From a virus (lineage: Duplodnaviria > Caudoviricetes): a stretch of 60,670 nucleotides of DNA. Numbering within the stretch: the stretch's first letter is position 1; each line of letters starts with the position of its first letter. The notes under the pieces are model-generated. The model had not been told where the DNA came from, ran no database searches, and was given only the letters and a program-made list of their open reading frames with translations. Below are positions 28,573 through 38,843 of this stretch, one piece after another. The stretch is from positions 1 to 60,670 of the IMG/VR virus record IMGVR_UViG_3300028596_000012. The stretch is one strand, 5' to 3'. A program made the position numbers and the translations under genes.

Positions 28573-29717
28573 CAGGTCCGCGCCGCCCCGGGATCCGTCA
28601 GCCACTCTATGGGCTGGATCGGGATAAGCCGCCGGGGCGGATCTCCACGACCGATGAGGCCGTCGACACCCGGCTCGGCCCCAGCATCCCTGTCCCAGTG
28701 CCCCTCACGGTGCCACTCGGTAGACGGGACGTTGTTGGCGGCGAAGCGATTGACGCGCTCTCGGATGGTGCAGCCCCGGTCAAACTTGGCCATGAAGCCG
28801 CAGTGCCCCTCCTGGTAGCACACCGGCTTGAGCGCGTCCGCCATCGCCTGGAACTGCCACCAGTCCGGGTGCCCGGACTTCCACCGATACTGGCTGAATG
28901 ACAGGTTCTCAGACGGGTGCTTTTGGCCCACCTTGCGAGCCAGATGGTCACCATACGCTCGGATCGCCTTGGCGATCTCCGCCATGACCACGCGCCACTC
29001 GAACTGCGCCTGGGTGCACAGGCGCTTGCCGGCCTCCGCGAGCAGCGTCCGCACCGAGACAACCCAGTGGTACCGCGTAGTCATCGCGTGCGGCATCAGG
29101 CCCCGCGCCTCCTCGGCGGGCACGCCAGCGTCCACGAGATTCTGGTACGACTGCTGCGCCTGAAGGATGGCGTCGTCCCAGGCGTCCCGCTGTAGCGCGT
29201 AGGCGTTATCGTCGGGTCCATAGTCCGGGTTCTCGGCCCAGTCGCCGTTCACCCCGTCGACCCCTGTAGCAACGTGCGACGGCACCGGCTTCGCCGCCAG
29301 AGAGGGCGGGTACGCCTGGCGGTCCAGCCACTGCTCGCCATCCACGACCGCGAAGCGCATGCTCTCCTGTGCGATGAACGAGAACCGACTGCGCACGGCC
29401 TGGTGCGTGAAGGCGCGGGTCACGCCCTGGATCAGGAAGTGGAACTGGATGGCCTCCAGAGGACCGTTGAGAACGGTCTCCTGCATGGCCTTCCATGCCG
29501 CCCGGCGGTCTTCGTCGGTAACGTCGGCGAGCCGGCTGATGACCTTACCCTCGTAGATGCCGCACAGCGCGGCTAGGGACCCCAACGGGTCCGGCGTCGC
29601 ATTCAGCAGCACGACCGTGGGGCGGGCTCCGCCCCCGGGGGCACGCGTCTCCTCCGGCATGGGCGTACTGTGGTACTGCGCGCGATCCGCCCACCGCACC
29701 AACTTGTCGCGGCTCAC
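28572..29717 (-). CDS. thyX: Flavin-dependent thymidylate synthase (ThyX-like, divergent)
   Basis: GVTRAFTHQAVRSR-X7-S, EEARGLMP, RLC..AQFEW. Confidence 0.85.
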   Translation of the reverse strand: MSRDKLVRWADRAQYHSTPMPEETRAPGGGARPTVVLLNATPDPLGSLAALCGIYEGKVISRLADVTDEDRRAAWKAMQETVLNGPLEAIQFHFLIQGVTRAFTHQAVRSRFSFIAQESMRFAVVDGEQWLDRQAYPPSLAAKPVPSHVATGVDGVNGDWAENPDYGPDDNAYALQRDAWDDAILQAQQSYQNLVDAGVPAEEARGLMPHAMTTRYHWVVSVRTLLAEAGKRLCTQAQFEWRVVMAEIAKAIRAYGDHLARKVGQKHPSENLSFSQYRWKSGHPDWWQFQAMADALKPVCYQEGHCGFMAKFDRGCTIRERVNRFAANNVPSTEWHREGHWDRDAGAEPGVDGLIGRGDPPRRLIPIQPIEWLTDPGAART

Positions 29718-30055
29718 TCGTTCTCCTCCTCGGCCCTCAAGCGGAGCATCTCCTTCACGGCGGTGTCGGAGTCGATCTGAAGTTCGCTCAGGGCCTGGAA
29801 AAACGGCTCAATAGCAGACTTCAGCGCGGGCAGGGCGGAAGCGGCCATCTGCTGAAAGGCAGTCAGGACGGGCGGAACTACGAGTGCCAGGTTCGCCATG
29901 GCCTCCGCCGAAGCACGAGCCAAGTATTCCTGCTGCTCCTTGGTCAGCGCAGCAGGTACCGGCCTACTGTCGTCCGACGGCACCGGTTCCTCCATGTAGT
30001 TGCCCTGCCCGTCCGTGTAGCTCACGCCCTTCTCCCGGTCGCTCGCGTAGCTCAT
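29714..30055 (-). CDS. Hypothetical protein
   Basis: ATGA overlap with the upstream gene. Confidence 0.5.
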   Translation of the reverse strand: MSYASDREKGVSYTDGQGNYMEEPVPSDDSRPVPAALTKEQQEYLARASAEAMANLALVVPPVLTAFQQMAASALPALKSAIEPFFQALSELQIDSDTAVKEMLRLRAEEENE

Positions 30056-30306
30056 CGGTGGCTCCTGTAACCGCCACGTACGCCTCGGACCTGAGTAACA
30101 TTTCCGCCGACGGTGCTGTTGGTGACGGACTGTGACGACATGCGGCCGTTCTGCATGCCGATCCAAATAGCGCCTCGAAGTAGAACGAACATGCCGATCG
30201 TAGTCATCAGCGCCACCCAGTACTGGTCCGCTATGAACCACCCCACCGGAACACCGAAGACTGCTCCGCCCAGCCAGGCGCTCCGGACGTAACCCCTGAG
30301 CCTCAT
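30052..30306 (-). CDS. Small two-helix membrane protein
   Basis: ATGA overlaps; two hydrophobic segments. Confidence 0.5.
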   Translation of the reverse strand: MRLRGYVRSAWLGGAVFGVPVGWFIADQYWVALMTTIGMFVLLRGAIWIGMQNGRMSSQSVTNSTVGGNVTQVRGVRGGYRSHR

Positions 30307-30761
30307 GCGCCGCCCTCCACTTCGTGCATTTCGTAGTGCTCGATGATGGTCAGCCCGCAGATCTGCGCCACCTGGCGCTCTACGGACGCCCCGGCCGACG
30401 TCGGCCAACCGGGCAGGAAGATGGCCGCCTCGCACGTCAGCATGGCCTTGATGTCGGCGCGCATGTAGCAGCCGTACTTGTGGATGGAGTCGAAATCGCC
30501 ATCCATCCGGGGCACCTCCGCCCCGGTGCACTCGCCCGAGTGGCCGTGGTCGACCTCGTGCGGGTTGACCGGCTCCCAGCCGCGTTCCCGCGCCGCGTCT
30601 GCGAACAGACCGAACGCCTGACGATTTCCGTTGGGCTTCCTGGCGATTGGCCCAGCGATGTACACCCGGGTACCCTTCGCCAGGTAGTGGCTGCCGGGCA
30701 GCCGGTTAGGTACGGTTCCCATGACGCTGTTCTCCAGGTAGTTGCGACGGTCGGCATCCAT
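30303..30761 (-). CDS. DUF4406 / nucleoside deoxyribosyltransferase-like protein
   Basis: VYIAGPI...N..AF...VNP...YMRADIKAMLTCEA..LPGW..SAGASVE. Confidence 0.8.
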   Translation of the reverse strand: MDADRRNYLENSVMGTVPNRLPGSHYLAKGTRVYIAGPIARKPNGNRQAFGLFADAARERGWEPVNPHEVDHGHSGECTGAEVPRMDGDFDSIHKYGCYMRADIKAMLTCEAAIFLPGWPTSAGASVERQVAQICGLTIIEHYEMHEVEGGA

Positions 30762-30863
30762 GCCTATATCACATCCAGTTCAGTCAACAGAAGTATCAGC
30801 ACTACGCTGACAGCCATCCCGACGATGGCCAACGTAGCTAGGCCGCTTAGCAACTTGCGAACG

Positions 30864-31436
30864 CTAATTGGCTCCCTGGCCCGGTTGTGCCGCCCCATTT
30901 TCTTCCTCCCACTCGGCCAGCGCCTTGCGGACGTAGTTGGGGCAATCGGCCTTGCCGCAACGAATCCGACCACCGACCTCGGCGACCTTCTTGTGCCCGC
31001 ATCGCGCGTAGAGACTACCGGGCTCCTCGTTGAAGGCCTTGGAGTCCGGGTTGATGTCGTCGGCCATGGCATCGTAGAGACGGCTCCACCGCGCGCTTCG
31101 CGACTGCGCCTTCAGGTCCTGGGCACCGGTCTGGTTCGGGACGGCAACCAACCGCACGTCCAACGCCAGGGCCACCTCGGCCATGACTCTTCGGGTCTCC
31201 GGGGCCATCTGCGACAGATCCCTCAACAGCCCCCAGGCAGAGTTCATCATCTGCATTTCGGAGGCGTTGGCGTCGTTGGTGATCTCGCCGGATCGCGCCA
31301 CCGCCCGCAGTGCGGCGTTGATGCCGACGGCCAACCGGCCGGCGTCGTCGCGACGCAGCAGGATGATCACCGGGTGCCATTCCCGGCCATCCACCGGCGA
31401 TGCGTGGGCAATAACGTCAGGCTTCAGGTATTCCAT
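30864..31436 (-). CDS. Hypothetical protein with a C-terminal Cys cluster
   Basis: AAGGGGA RBS before ATG 31436; CGH...C....C. Confidence 0.55.
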   Translation of the reverse strand: MEYLKPDVIAHASPVDGREWHPVIILLRRDDAGRLAVGINAALRAVARSGEITNDANASEMQMMNSAWGLLRDLSQMAPETRRVMAEVALALDVRLVAVPNQTGAQDLKAQSRSARWSRLYDAMADDINPDSKAFNEEPGSLYARCGHKKVAEVGGRIRCGKADCPNYVRKALAEWEEENGAAQPGQGAN

Positions 31437-31604
31437 TTTCGTCCCCTTTCTAGGGCTGGCCGGGCGGGTCCCTACCGTTGCCAGAGGATTCAACAGGCGT
31501 CCCTGGTTCGTCCGGCTGGCGGTCCGCCCGGCCAGCGATACAAACCTACTCTGCGGTCGAAAGCTGCCGCTACCTGAATCGGCTAGCGTTTTCACGGCCC
31601 GAGG

Positions 31605-34600
31605 CTAGGCCTCCGGGTCAATCACGGCCAGCTTCATGACCTGGACCGATATGCCGAACCCGGCTCCGCCCGTGCTTCGCTTGCCCAGGACGTAGAGCAC
31701 ATGATGGTTCGGCTGGAGCCCCTGCAGCATCTTGTGGTACCGGGGATAGGTGAAGCGATCGATGCGGACGTAGACGTCTTCGTCGCCGTCGTCGTAGCAC
31801 CGCAGGACGCAGGAGGTAACCAGATCCCGACGCTTCATGGTCTTGATGATCTCCTCCACCTCCTGCCCGGTACGGCTTCGCTGGTTCTCGATGTAGTCCT
31901 GATAGTTGATGCTGGCAATCATCCCCAGCCAACGAACCGTTGCGGCGTCTGGCATTCCGTACAGGTCGTCGGAGGTGCAGTTGGGGGCGGGTAGGTGGAT
32001 CTCTCCGAACCCAATATCGTCCCGTATCTCCGTCAGGACCCGCCCCGTCCGTTTCAGCCCGAAGGGATCCTCGTCGCCAATCTGGTGGCGGAACTTGTCT
32101 AGGGTCTTGGGGCCTATGCCCTTCACCAGTAGCAAGTCGTCAGCGCTGGAGAGGGCGGGCTGCCCGGCTTCCCTAAGCTCTGCCTCCAACGCGAGGATCC
32201 GCTTCACCGTCACCGGACCGACGCCCTTCAGCTGCCCCCAGCCGGCCACGATCACGCGGTCAGAACCCGGTCGGACTACGATCTGCCAGTCGGTGCCGGA
32301 TAGACCGGGGGTTACGCCGAGGACTCGGACTCCGTGCCGTTCGGCATCCTGAACGAGACGGGTCCACTTCTCGGGCTCCGTCTTGCGCAGCTGCGCGGTA
32401 TAGAACTCATACGGGTAGTGGACTTTGAGCCACATGCACCAGAATGCCAGGAGGGAATACGAAACGGAGTGAGGGACGTTGAATACGTAAGATGCAGCGG
32501 TGACGAGTCGTCCCCATACGGCTTTGGCGGTGTCAGCTGATACACCGTGGAGCTTCTGAGCTCTGGCAATGAAGTCCAGGGAGTGGGTGTTGAACTGGGC
32601 CTCGCCCAACTTCTTGGAGATGATTCGTCGGATCTCATGTACCCGCCCCACTTCCAGCCCGCCGAACCGCGCGAGTCCCTTGAGGATCTGTTCTTGGAAG
32701 ATGATCTGCCCGCGCGTAGACTCCGTCAGCTCGTCGATGATGGGGTGGAACCGCGTTGGCTTTTTGGTGCCCCGGTTGACTTCGATGTACTCCGTGGTGG
32801 TGCCGGAGAAGAGCGGCCCGGGGCGGGACAGCGTATTGATATGGGTCAGCACCTCGAATGATGTGGGCTTGATCTCCTTGTTGATCAGGCGGGTAGCCCG
32901 CCCCTCCCACTGGAAGATCCCGATAACGTCGTTGCGCTCGAACGCCTTCAGCGTGTCGGAGTCCTCGGTGCTGATCTTGTAGAGGTCTTCGACCGTAAGC
33001 CCGGCCATCTCCAGCGCGTGCCGGATCATGCCCATCGTAGAGAGCCCAAGGAAGTCCATCTTCAGAAGGCCGAGGTACTCGCAGTCGTACTTGTCCACGG
33101 AGGCGGAGTCCAACTCCCGGCCGTCGGCGTACTTCTTGTGGTACATGGCGCAGACATCAGTGATATCTGAGTTCCCCACCAGGAGGCCGGCTGCGTGGAT
33201 ACTCATCCCCCGGTAGTTGCCTTCTAGGCGCACAGCCTTCATCAGTTCCGGGTACTTGTTCACCACCGCCCGCGCGCTCTCGAAGGTGTTGATGGTATCT
33301 TCCAGCGCCTGATCCGCGCGGGAGTCTCCGCCCGAGCGCTCGATAATCAGGCCCTTCAACGTCTCCGCTGCGTGCTTCGGGATACGGTAAACTCGGGCGA
33401 CGTCATCGATGCTATTACGTCCCTTGTACTTCGTGTAGTTCGCAACGTTAGCAACACGATCGGCACCATATCGGGCGACGGCCAGTTCACGTACCTCGGA
33501 TCGCCGCTCGTCGTCGAAGTCCAGATCAACATCCGGGAGGTCCGTTCGGGTAGGGTCGATGAAACGGTCGAACATCATCAGCGGGTACTCCATAGGATCA
33601 ATCTCTGTGATCCGCAGGAGGTACGCGACCAGGCTGGCAGCCGCGCTGCCGCGAGCCGGCCCGACGGGGATGCCCTTATCCTTGGTAGCCCTGACGATGT
33701 CACTCAGCATCAGGAAGTAGTCCACGAAGTCCTTTTCGCAGATCTGCTCCATCTCGTGCTTCAGCCGGGCAGAGTAGCTGGCCCGTTCTGCCCGGTCAGC
33801 CATGCGTCGATTGCCTTGCCTGATACGATAGGCCCAACCCTCACGGAGCCAATGCCAGATGAGGTCGAGCGAGGTGGCACCACTGCCGAGTACTTCCCTG
33901 GCTTTTGGACTCTCGAGAAGCGCTGCGGCCACGGGAAATCGGAGGCGCTCAGCCTTCGGTAGCACCACGTTGCACCGTGCCGCGATCTCGGCGGATGCGG
34001 CAAGGCCAGCCGATGCAGATCTCCGCGAGAGGCCCGTATCACGGAGCCGTTGCAAAACAACATCATCGTCCGTCGGCGGAGCCAGGCGGATGTCGTACTC
34101 CCAACTGGCCTGCTGCTGGTCCACAGTTCCAGCTCCCCGCCCTGCGGCGTGAAGGATGACCTGCATCTCGTTATCGTCCGGGAGCGGATAGTGACAATCT
34201 GCGGTGGCGACCAGCGGAATCCCAAGCTCGCTACCAAGCCGCTCGTAGGCTTGGTTGATTTCCTTACTCCGCGCCAACTCAGGGAACATCTGAGTTTCCA
34301 GGTAGTACCGATCACCGAATATCTCCTTGAACTTCAGAGCCTGCCTCTTCGCCCTCGCGTAGGACGCGTCCGCCGGATCGATCGTCTTCCCGCCCAGTAG
34401 GCTGCAGGCAAGCAGGGAGTCCGCGCATCCACTGAGCACAATAATGCCCTCTGCGTTCTCCGCAAGGGTTTGCCCAGACACAGTTGGCCACTGGTAGTAG
34501 TCCCTCCAACTCTGCGTCACGATCTGCATCAGGTTGACATACCCAACCTGGTTCATGGCGAGCAATGTCAAGTGGAACTTCCGCCGGGAGCGCTCTCCGC

Positions 34601-34823
34601 CGCTGAGCTCCGTGTACGCCTCCAGACCGAAGATCGGCTTGACGTCGTGCTTGTTCGCAGCCTTCTCCAGCTGCGGGTGCGAAGAGACGTTCCCGTGCTC
34701 AGTAAGCACGGCAGCCTCATAGCCAAGAGACGCCAGGCGCTCTACGTGCTGCGCTGGCGTCCCATAGCCATCCATGAAGCTATATGTGCTGTGGTGGTGC
34801 AGGCTGACGTACTTCACTGCCAC
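31605..34823 (-). CDS. dnaE: DnaE-like DNA polymerase III alpha subunit
   Basis: PHP motif SLHHHSTYSFMDG, GPARGSAAASL, PDVDLDF, SIHAAG, KMDFLGL. Confidence 0.97.
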   Translation of the reverse strand: MAVKYVSLHHHSTYSFMDGYGTPAQHVERLASLGYEAAVLTEHGNVSSHPQLEKAANKHDVKPIFGLEAYTELSGGERSRRKFHLTLLAMNQVGYVNLMQIVTQSWRDYYQWPTVSGQTLAENAEGIIVLSGCADSLLACSLLGGKTIDPADASYARAKRQALKFKEIFGDRYYLETQMFPELARSKEINQAYERLGSELGIPLVATADCHYPLPDDNEMQVILHAAGRGAGTVDQQQASWEYDIRLAPPTDDDVVLQRLRDTGLSRRSASAGLAASAEIAARCNVVLPKAERLRFPVAAALLESPKAREVLGSGATSLDLIWHWLREGWAYRIRQGNRRMADRAERASYSARLKHEMEQICEKDFVDYFLMLSDIVRATKDKGIPVGPARGSAAASLVAYLLRITEIDPMEYPLMMFDRFIDPTRTDLPDVDLDFDDERRSEVRELAVARYGADRVANVANYTKYKGRNSIDDVARVYRIPKHAAETLKGLIIERSGGDSRADQALEDTINTFESARAVVNKYPELMKAVRLEGNYRGMSIHAAGLLVGNSDITDVCAMYHKKYADGRELDSASVDKYDCEYLGLLKMDFLGLSTMGMIRHALEMAGLTVEDLYKISTEDSDTLKAFERNDVIGIFQWEGRATRLINKEIKPTSFEVLTHINTLSRPGPLFSGTTTEYIEVNRGTKKPTRFHPIIDELTESTRGQIIFQEQILKGLARFGGLEVGRVHEIRRIISKKLGEAQFNTHSLDFIARAQKLHGVSADTAKAVWGRLVTAASYVFNVPHSVSYSLLAFWCMWLKVHYPYEFYTAQLRKTEPEKWTRLVQDAERHGVRVLGVTPGLSGTDWQIVVRPGSDRVIVAGWGQLKGVGPVTVKRILALEAELREAGQPALSSADDLLLVKGIGPKTLDKFRHQIGDEDPFGLKRTGRVLTEIRDDIGFGEIHLPAPNCTSDDLYGMPDAATVRWLGMIASINYQDYIENQRSRTGQEVEEIIKTMKRRDLVTSCVLRCYDDGDEDVYVRIDRFTYPRYHKMLQGLQPNHHVLYVLGKRSTGGAGFGISVQVMKLAVIDPEA

Positions 34824-35579
34824 TCTACCTTTGAGCTATAGAGGCCGGCTCGGTAGGCGCGCTCCATCAGGACATCCTCCGAGGCGGAAACCTTGCGGCG
34901 TATGGTATCGAGCTGGACAAGCCTGCCCTCCGAGCACCATAGGCACCCGCCCTCCAGGCAGGTCCGGTCGAAGACCGGCCAGCAGATTTTCCGCTTATCG
35001 CTCGGCTTGGGCATGCTTCCTACGCCTTCCCCTGTGCGGTCGCTTGAGGCTTCGATCGTACCAGCCCGCCGCGACGGTCCTCAGAGATATCGACTGATAC
35101 CCGATCACGTTATGGTTGCTGTCCTCTATCGGTATCATGTGGCGCACGCGCCGACTCGGAGCTCTGGTGCGAATCTGTCGGCAGTCGTACGCCCGGAAGC
35201 ATATCGGGCATCGTTGATAATCCTGCCAATCAACGCCCATCCCGACGCCGTTCCCTGGAGTACGGCAGCCGATCCTGCTGCCGGGCGGTGCAGAAGAAAA
35301 TGCCTATGGGGGAGTCCGTGACTAGGTGCGGCTTGTGATCCGCCCGGTTCCCGCACAGCCCCCACGGCACGTTCGTCAACGGCCAACCTAGTGGCTTCTC
35401 CGGAAGTTCCACCAGTAGCACCCCCACTTCGTGTTGAGGCGTATGCCGCTGATCTTCCGCCAGGATACCTCGTGCCGCAGTACGCAGCCTCCGCCCTTCT
35501 CCGCGTAGATCCACCCGGGGCCGAGCCGTACCATGACGTACGGGCGCCCCTTCGGCACGATCTTCAGTGTCATCCCCAT
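34814..35579 (-). CDS. Run of about four small overlapping Cys/Trp-rich hypothetical ORFs
   Basis: 34814-35014, 34995-35240, 35230-about 35386 and 35388-35579 tile the gap on the minus strand; starts uncertain. Confidence 0.4.
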
Positions 35580-35588
35580 GTAGCTATC

Positions 35589-36137
35589 CTACTTCGCTGC
35601 TGGCGTTGCGCCTACCTGGTTCTGGTAGTGCGAGCCGACGCCGGGGTCGCCGTAGAGACGTTCGGGTCGGGCAGCCAGCGCGAAGAACGAGATCTGCGCA
35701 ATCAGCATGCCGCGCCGAAGCTTAAAGTGCTTCAGGTTGGCGTGGTTCACCAGCTCCAGTGTCAACTGGCCCTTGAACCCGGGATCCACGAACCCGGCGC
35801 TGTGAACCTGGAGGCCCATCCGAGCCCATGTAGACTTGCCCTCCACGCGAGCGCATAGATGGGGCGGGACATGGATTGTCTCCATGGTGTGGGCCAGAAG
35901 GAACCGACCGGGCTCCATGTCCTCCTGTGCAAGCGCCTTGCTCCAGCCCGGAACCGGACCCTTGTACTCCATGAGGTCGTAGGCCAGTCCGGTCTCCGTG
36001 CGGATCTGCCCGCCCAGGCGCAGGTCGTAGGAGGCCGGCTGCAGCTGGCTCTCGTTGAACGGCTCAATCAGGTTGATACCGTTGGCCTCCTGGATCTTCC
36101 GCTGCTCCCGGATCTGCCAATCAACCAACTGCGTCAT
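35589..36137 (-). CDS. dcd: dCTP deaminase
   Basis: LQPASYDLRLG, EGKSTWARMGL, AGFVDPGFKGQLTLEL, HYQNQ. Confidence 0.93.
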   Translation of the reverse strand: MTQLVDWQIREQRKIQEANGINLIEPFNESQLQPASYDLRLGGQIRTETGLAYDLMEYKGPVPGWSKALAQEDMEPGRFLLAHTMETIHVPPHLCARVEGKSTWARMGLQVHSAGFVDPGFKGQLTLELVNHANLKHFKLRRGMLIAQISFFALAARPERLYGDPGVGSHYQNQVGATPAAK

Positions 36138-36577
36138 GTCTGGCCTCGTGCTTCTCTCATCATTTGCTGCTTAGCCAATGCATCGGCAACTTCTCTACTG
36201 GGCCCCCCGACTGCGTTATTAGTCCTCCTGTACTTTTCTGATTCGGCTCGCCTGAAGGCGGTACGTAGGTCGGCCATACGCTGCCTGGCGGCTTCGGACT
36301 CCGGGGCCATGAAGTCCGCGTAGATGATCTCCGCCTGGATAACTGCAGCCATGCCAGTCACCAGGGTAGCAGCGGTCTTGCTCAGCCCGGAGTAGCCGTT
36401 CAACAGCAGGTCGTTGTTGAGCACGGTGACCAGGTTCCCGGTATAGCCGTTCGCCTGCATCCGGTGCAGCTCGATGACCTCCTGCTCTCGCTCCAGGTAC
36501 TTCCGGTTGGCATCCATCAGAACGCCGGTCAGCCGAGCCATTTCCTGGCGGACCTCCGACAACGTTACCCGCCCCAT
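36134..36577 (-). CDS. Hypothetical helical protein
   Basis: Lies between the UDG and dcd genes; ATGA overlap with dcd. Confidence 0.5.
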   Translation of the reverse strand: MGRVTLSEVRQEMARLTGVLMDANRKYLEREQEVIELHRMQANGYTGNLVTVLNNDLLLNGYSGLSKTAATLVTGMAAVIQAEIIYADFMAPESEAARQRMADLRTAFRRAESEKYRRTNNAVGGPSREVADALAKQQMMREARGQT

Positions 36578-36674
36578 CCGCGCTGCCTCCGCTCCATCGC
36601 GTACCGAATCTGCGCCTGGGTGAATAGGATGCTGCGTGCGGGCTCTGCCCAGTCCTTGGGGCGGGTTGCGATCC

Positions 36675-37364
36675 TCATAGGATCTCCATATCCTGCAACA
36701 TCTTGCCAATTTCTTCCCAGTCTCGGCTCATCATCTCCTGCACCCGCTGGCCCCGCCGGAGGCCATAGGCCGGATGGAAGGCCGAGATGATCCACGGTCC
36801 CTTCTCCATCCGTTCCCCCGTCTCCGGGTGACGCGGCTTGTGGAAGGCGTGCCTCGCGTAGCTGACGCTGAGCATCGGGTACTCCGGGTGGATCGCGGCG
36901 TGCGCGACGCTTCCGACGCAGATGATCGCGGGCGGGCTTCCCAGCGCCCGGTACTCCGCCCGCAGGCTCTCCTTGGCGTGGTTGATCGCTGCCAGGTTCG
37001 GTGTCGCGTTGTGCGGCGGGCGGTACTTCACCACGTTCGTGATCCACGCGTTTGCGTCCCATAGCTCGGAATCCTCCTCGTGCGTCATCCCCTCGTGTCC
37101 GTCCGGAGTCATGGCGTACCGGTTAGGCAGCGGCTCCGCCCGCAGGCCGGCAACGTCCATGAGGTGCTTCAGGACCGTACCGGACGGCCCGCAGAATGGC
37201 TTCTCCTGGGCGTTCTCGGTCGCCCCTGGCGCCTCCCCCACGATCATGACGCGCGGCTCGTAGCGTTGGCCTCGGCCGGGCACGAACTGGATACCCGGTA
37301 GCCGGAGGTAGTCCCAGAACGGGTCGGTCTGGATATCCGCGTAAACGTCTCCCAGGCTACGCAT
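36675..37364 (-). CDS. Uracil-DNA glycosylase superfamily protein (family 4-like)
   Basis: MIVGEAPG..E....PF.GPSG, ITNVVKYRPP.N, FHPAY. Confidence 0.88.
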   Translation of the reverse strand: MRSLGDVYADIQTDPFWDYLRLPGIQFVPGRGQRYEPRVMIVGEAPGATENAQEKPFCGPSGTVLKHLMDVAGLRAEPLPNRYAMTPDGHEGMTHEEDSELWDANAWITNVVKYRPPHNATPNLAAINHAKESLRAEYRALGSPPAIICVGSVAHAAIHPEYPMLSVSYARHAFHKPRHPETGERMEKGPWIISAFHPAYGLRRGQRVQEMMSRDWEEIGKMLQDMEIL

Positions 37365-38112
37365 GTCCGTCCACGCATTCGTGGCAGGGGCAGGCGTTCT
37401 GCGACGCAGCCGTTACGCTGTGGGCTACTCCACGATCCAGCGGCTCCGGGTGCTTGTTGTCCCAGCCGTCCGCAGGACCCTTGATGATCTTGTTGTTGGT
37501 GTTCTGGAGCACCGTCCGGAGCGTGGCCCTGGTGCAGGCGATGCACTTCTCCCGTCCGCACATCGGCCAAGGCTGATCCCCGGCACCCCTGACCAAACGC
37601 TCGGTTGTGCCGTCGGGCCGGGTGATGGTTTCCAGGACGACGCCCTGAGGCCGGGGCTTTGTCCGGCCCTGCCATCGTTCGCCATCCACCATGGGCGCAT
37701 CCCCCAGCCGGCCGGGCGGAGGCTGCTCCCCGTCCATCATGGCGATCGTGAGGAAGCAGTGGGCAATGAGATCCATGAGGATCTCGCGCGGCTGTTCTCC
37801 GGCCAGACTCCGCCCCTCCCAGAGGGATTTCTTCAGCTTACCGATCTTGCGCCAGATGTCCGCGAACTGCCCACGGACGCCGAGCGCCCGGTGGTTCTCG
37901 TTCTCGTTGTCGTTGTAGTCCGCCGCCTTACGCGCGAACGTCTCCCAGAACTCCGGCATCAGGCGGTCCCGGATATACCGCCCGTCCGCGCCGGTGGGCT
38001 CCCCCTTGTCGAGCCAGCCTATGGGCTGCTCTTCGTCGCCGTATTCCAGATGGCGCCCGAAGTCTCTGACGTTCTCCGCCGCACTGCGTACCGCGTCCCC
38101 AAGGTCGCTCAT
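37357..38112 (-). CDS. Nucleotide modification associated domain 1 (DUF1599-like) protein with a C-terminal Cys-rich part
   Basis: RKAADY...IWRKIGKLK...E..REILMDLIAH; TAATG coupling to the SDR gene. Confidence 0.65.
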   Translation of the reverse strand: MSDLGDAVRSAAENVRDFGRHLEYGDEEQPIGWLDKGEPTGADGRYIRDRLMPEFWETFARKAADYNDNENENHRALGVRGQFADIWRKIGKLKKSLWEGRSLAGEQPREILMDLIAHCFLTIAMMDGEQPPPGRLGDAPMVDGERWQGRTKPRPQGVVLETITRPDGTTERLVRGAGDQPWPMCGREKCIACTRATLRTVLQNTNNKIIKGPADGWDNKHPEPLDRGVAHSVTAASQNACPCHECVDGHA

Positions 38113-38843
38113 TACCTGCCTCCGTTGATTTCCACTATGGAGCCGTTGAGGGCGGCCGGTCCGAACAGCACGTCGCAGATCACCTGCGCGACCTCTTCGG
38201 GGGTGGCCGGCCTGCCGAGGGCGGAGGAGGCGCGCTCGTAGGCTTCCGCGTACTCCGGCGTCCACCCGCGCAACTGTGTCACGCGCGCATCCACATACTC
38301 GGTCATCCTGGTGCCGGACACCTTGCCCGGTGCGACCGCGTTGATCCTCCAACCGCTGCCGGCGAGTTCCCGCGCGAGCACCTTCACCGTCATGTCCAGA
38401 GCGGCCTTACTGGCGCAGTAGGCCACCGAGGTACGCATGGGCCGCCGGGCGGCGTCGGAGCTAACCGCAACCACGGAAGGCTTGTACGACATCGAAGTCT
38501 GGGCATGGAGATCCATCAGAACCTGCATCGTCTGGACGAATCCCCAGACGTTGATGTTCATGGTGTGGTCCCAGTTCTCCTTGAACAGGTGCTCCGCCCA
38601 GTCCAGCTGGTTGAACCCAACGGAGTAGACCAGGTGCGTGGGGCGGATACCGAAGAGCGCATCACGCAACCGCACGTAGTCATCGATGTGGAAGTCCTTG
38701 ATGCCGAAGGCGTAGGTCTCAATCCCCATATCCGCCCCGGTCATGTTGGCAACGGCCGCCCCGATGCCGGAGCTTCCGCCCAGCACCACGACGCGCCGCT
38801 GGTCGTGCCCGAACGGGTCTGCACGATACTCAGGTGTCTCCAC
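38112..38843 (-). CDS. Short-chain dehydrogenase/reductase
   Basis: GGSSGIG, VSS, YCASK (YxxxK), INAVAPG, NGG. Confidence 0.93.
   Translation of the reverse strand: METPEYRADPFGHDQRRVVVLGGSSGIGAAVANMTGADMGIETYAFGIKDFHIDDYVRLRDALFGIRPTHLVYSVGFNQLDWAEHLFKENWDHTMNINVWGFVQTMQVLMDLHAQTSMSYKPSVVAVSSDAARRPMRTSVAYCASKAALDMTVKVLARELAGSGWRINAVAPGKVSGTRMTEYVDARVTQLRGWTPEYAEAYERASSALGRPATPEEVAQVICDVLFGPAALNGSIVEINGGR

Noticed and set aside
31605-34823. Intein or intron in DnaE, terminase or helicase
   Set aside because: Lengths are ordinary and no splice-junction or homing endonuclease motifs were seen.
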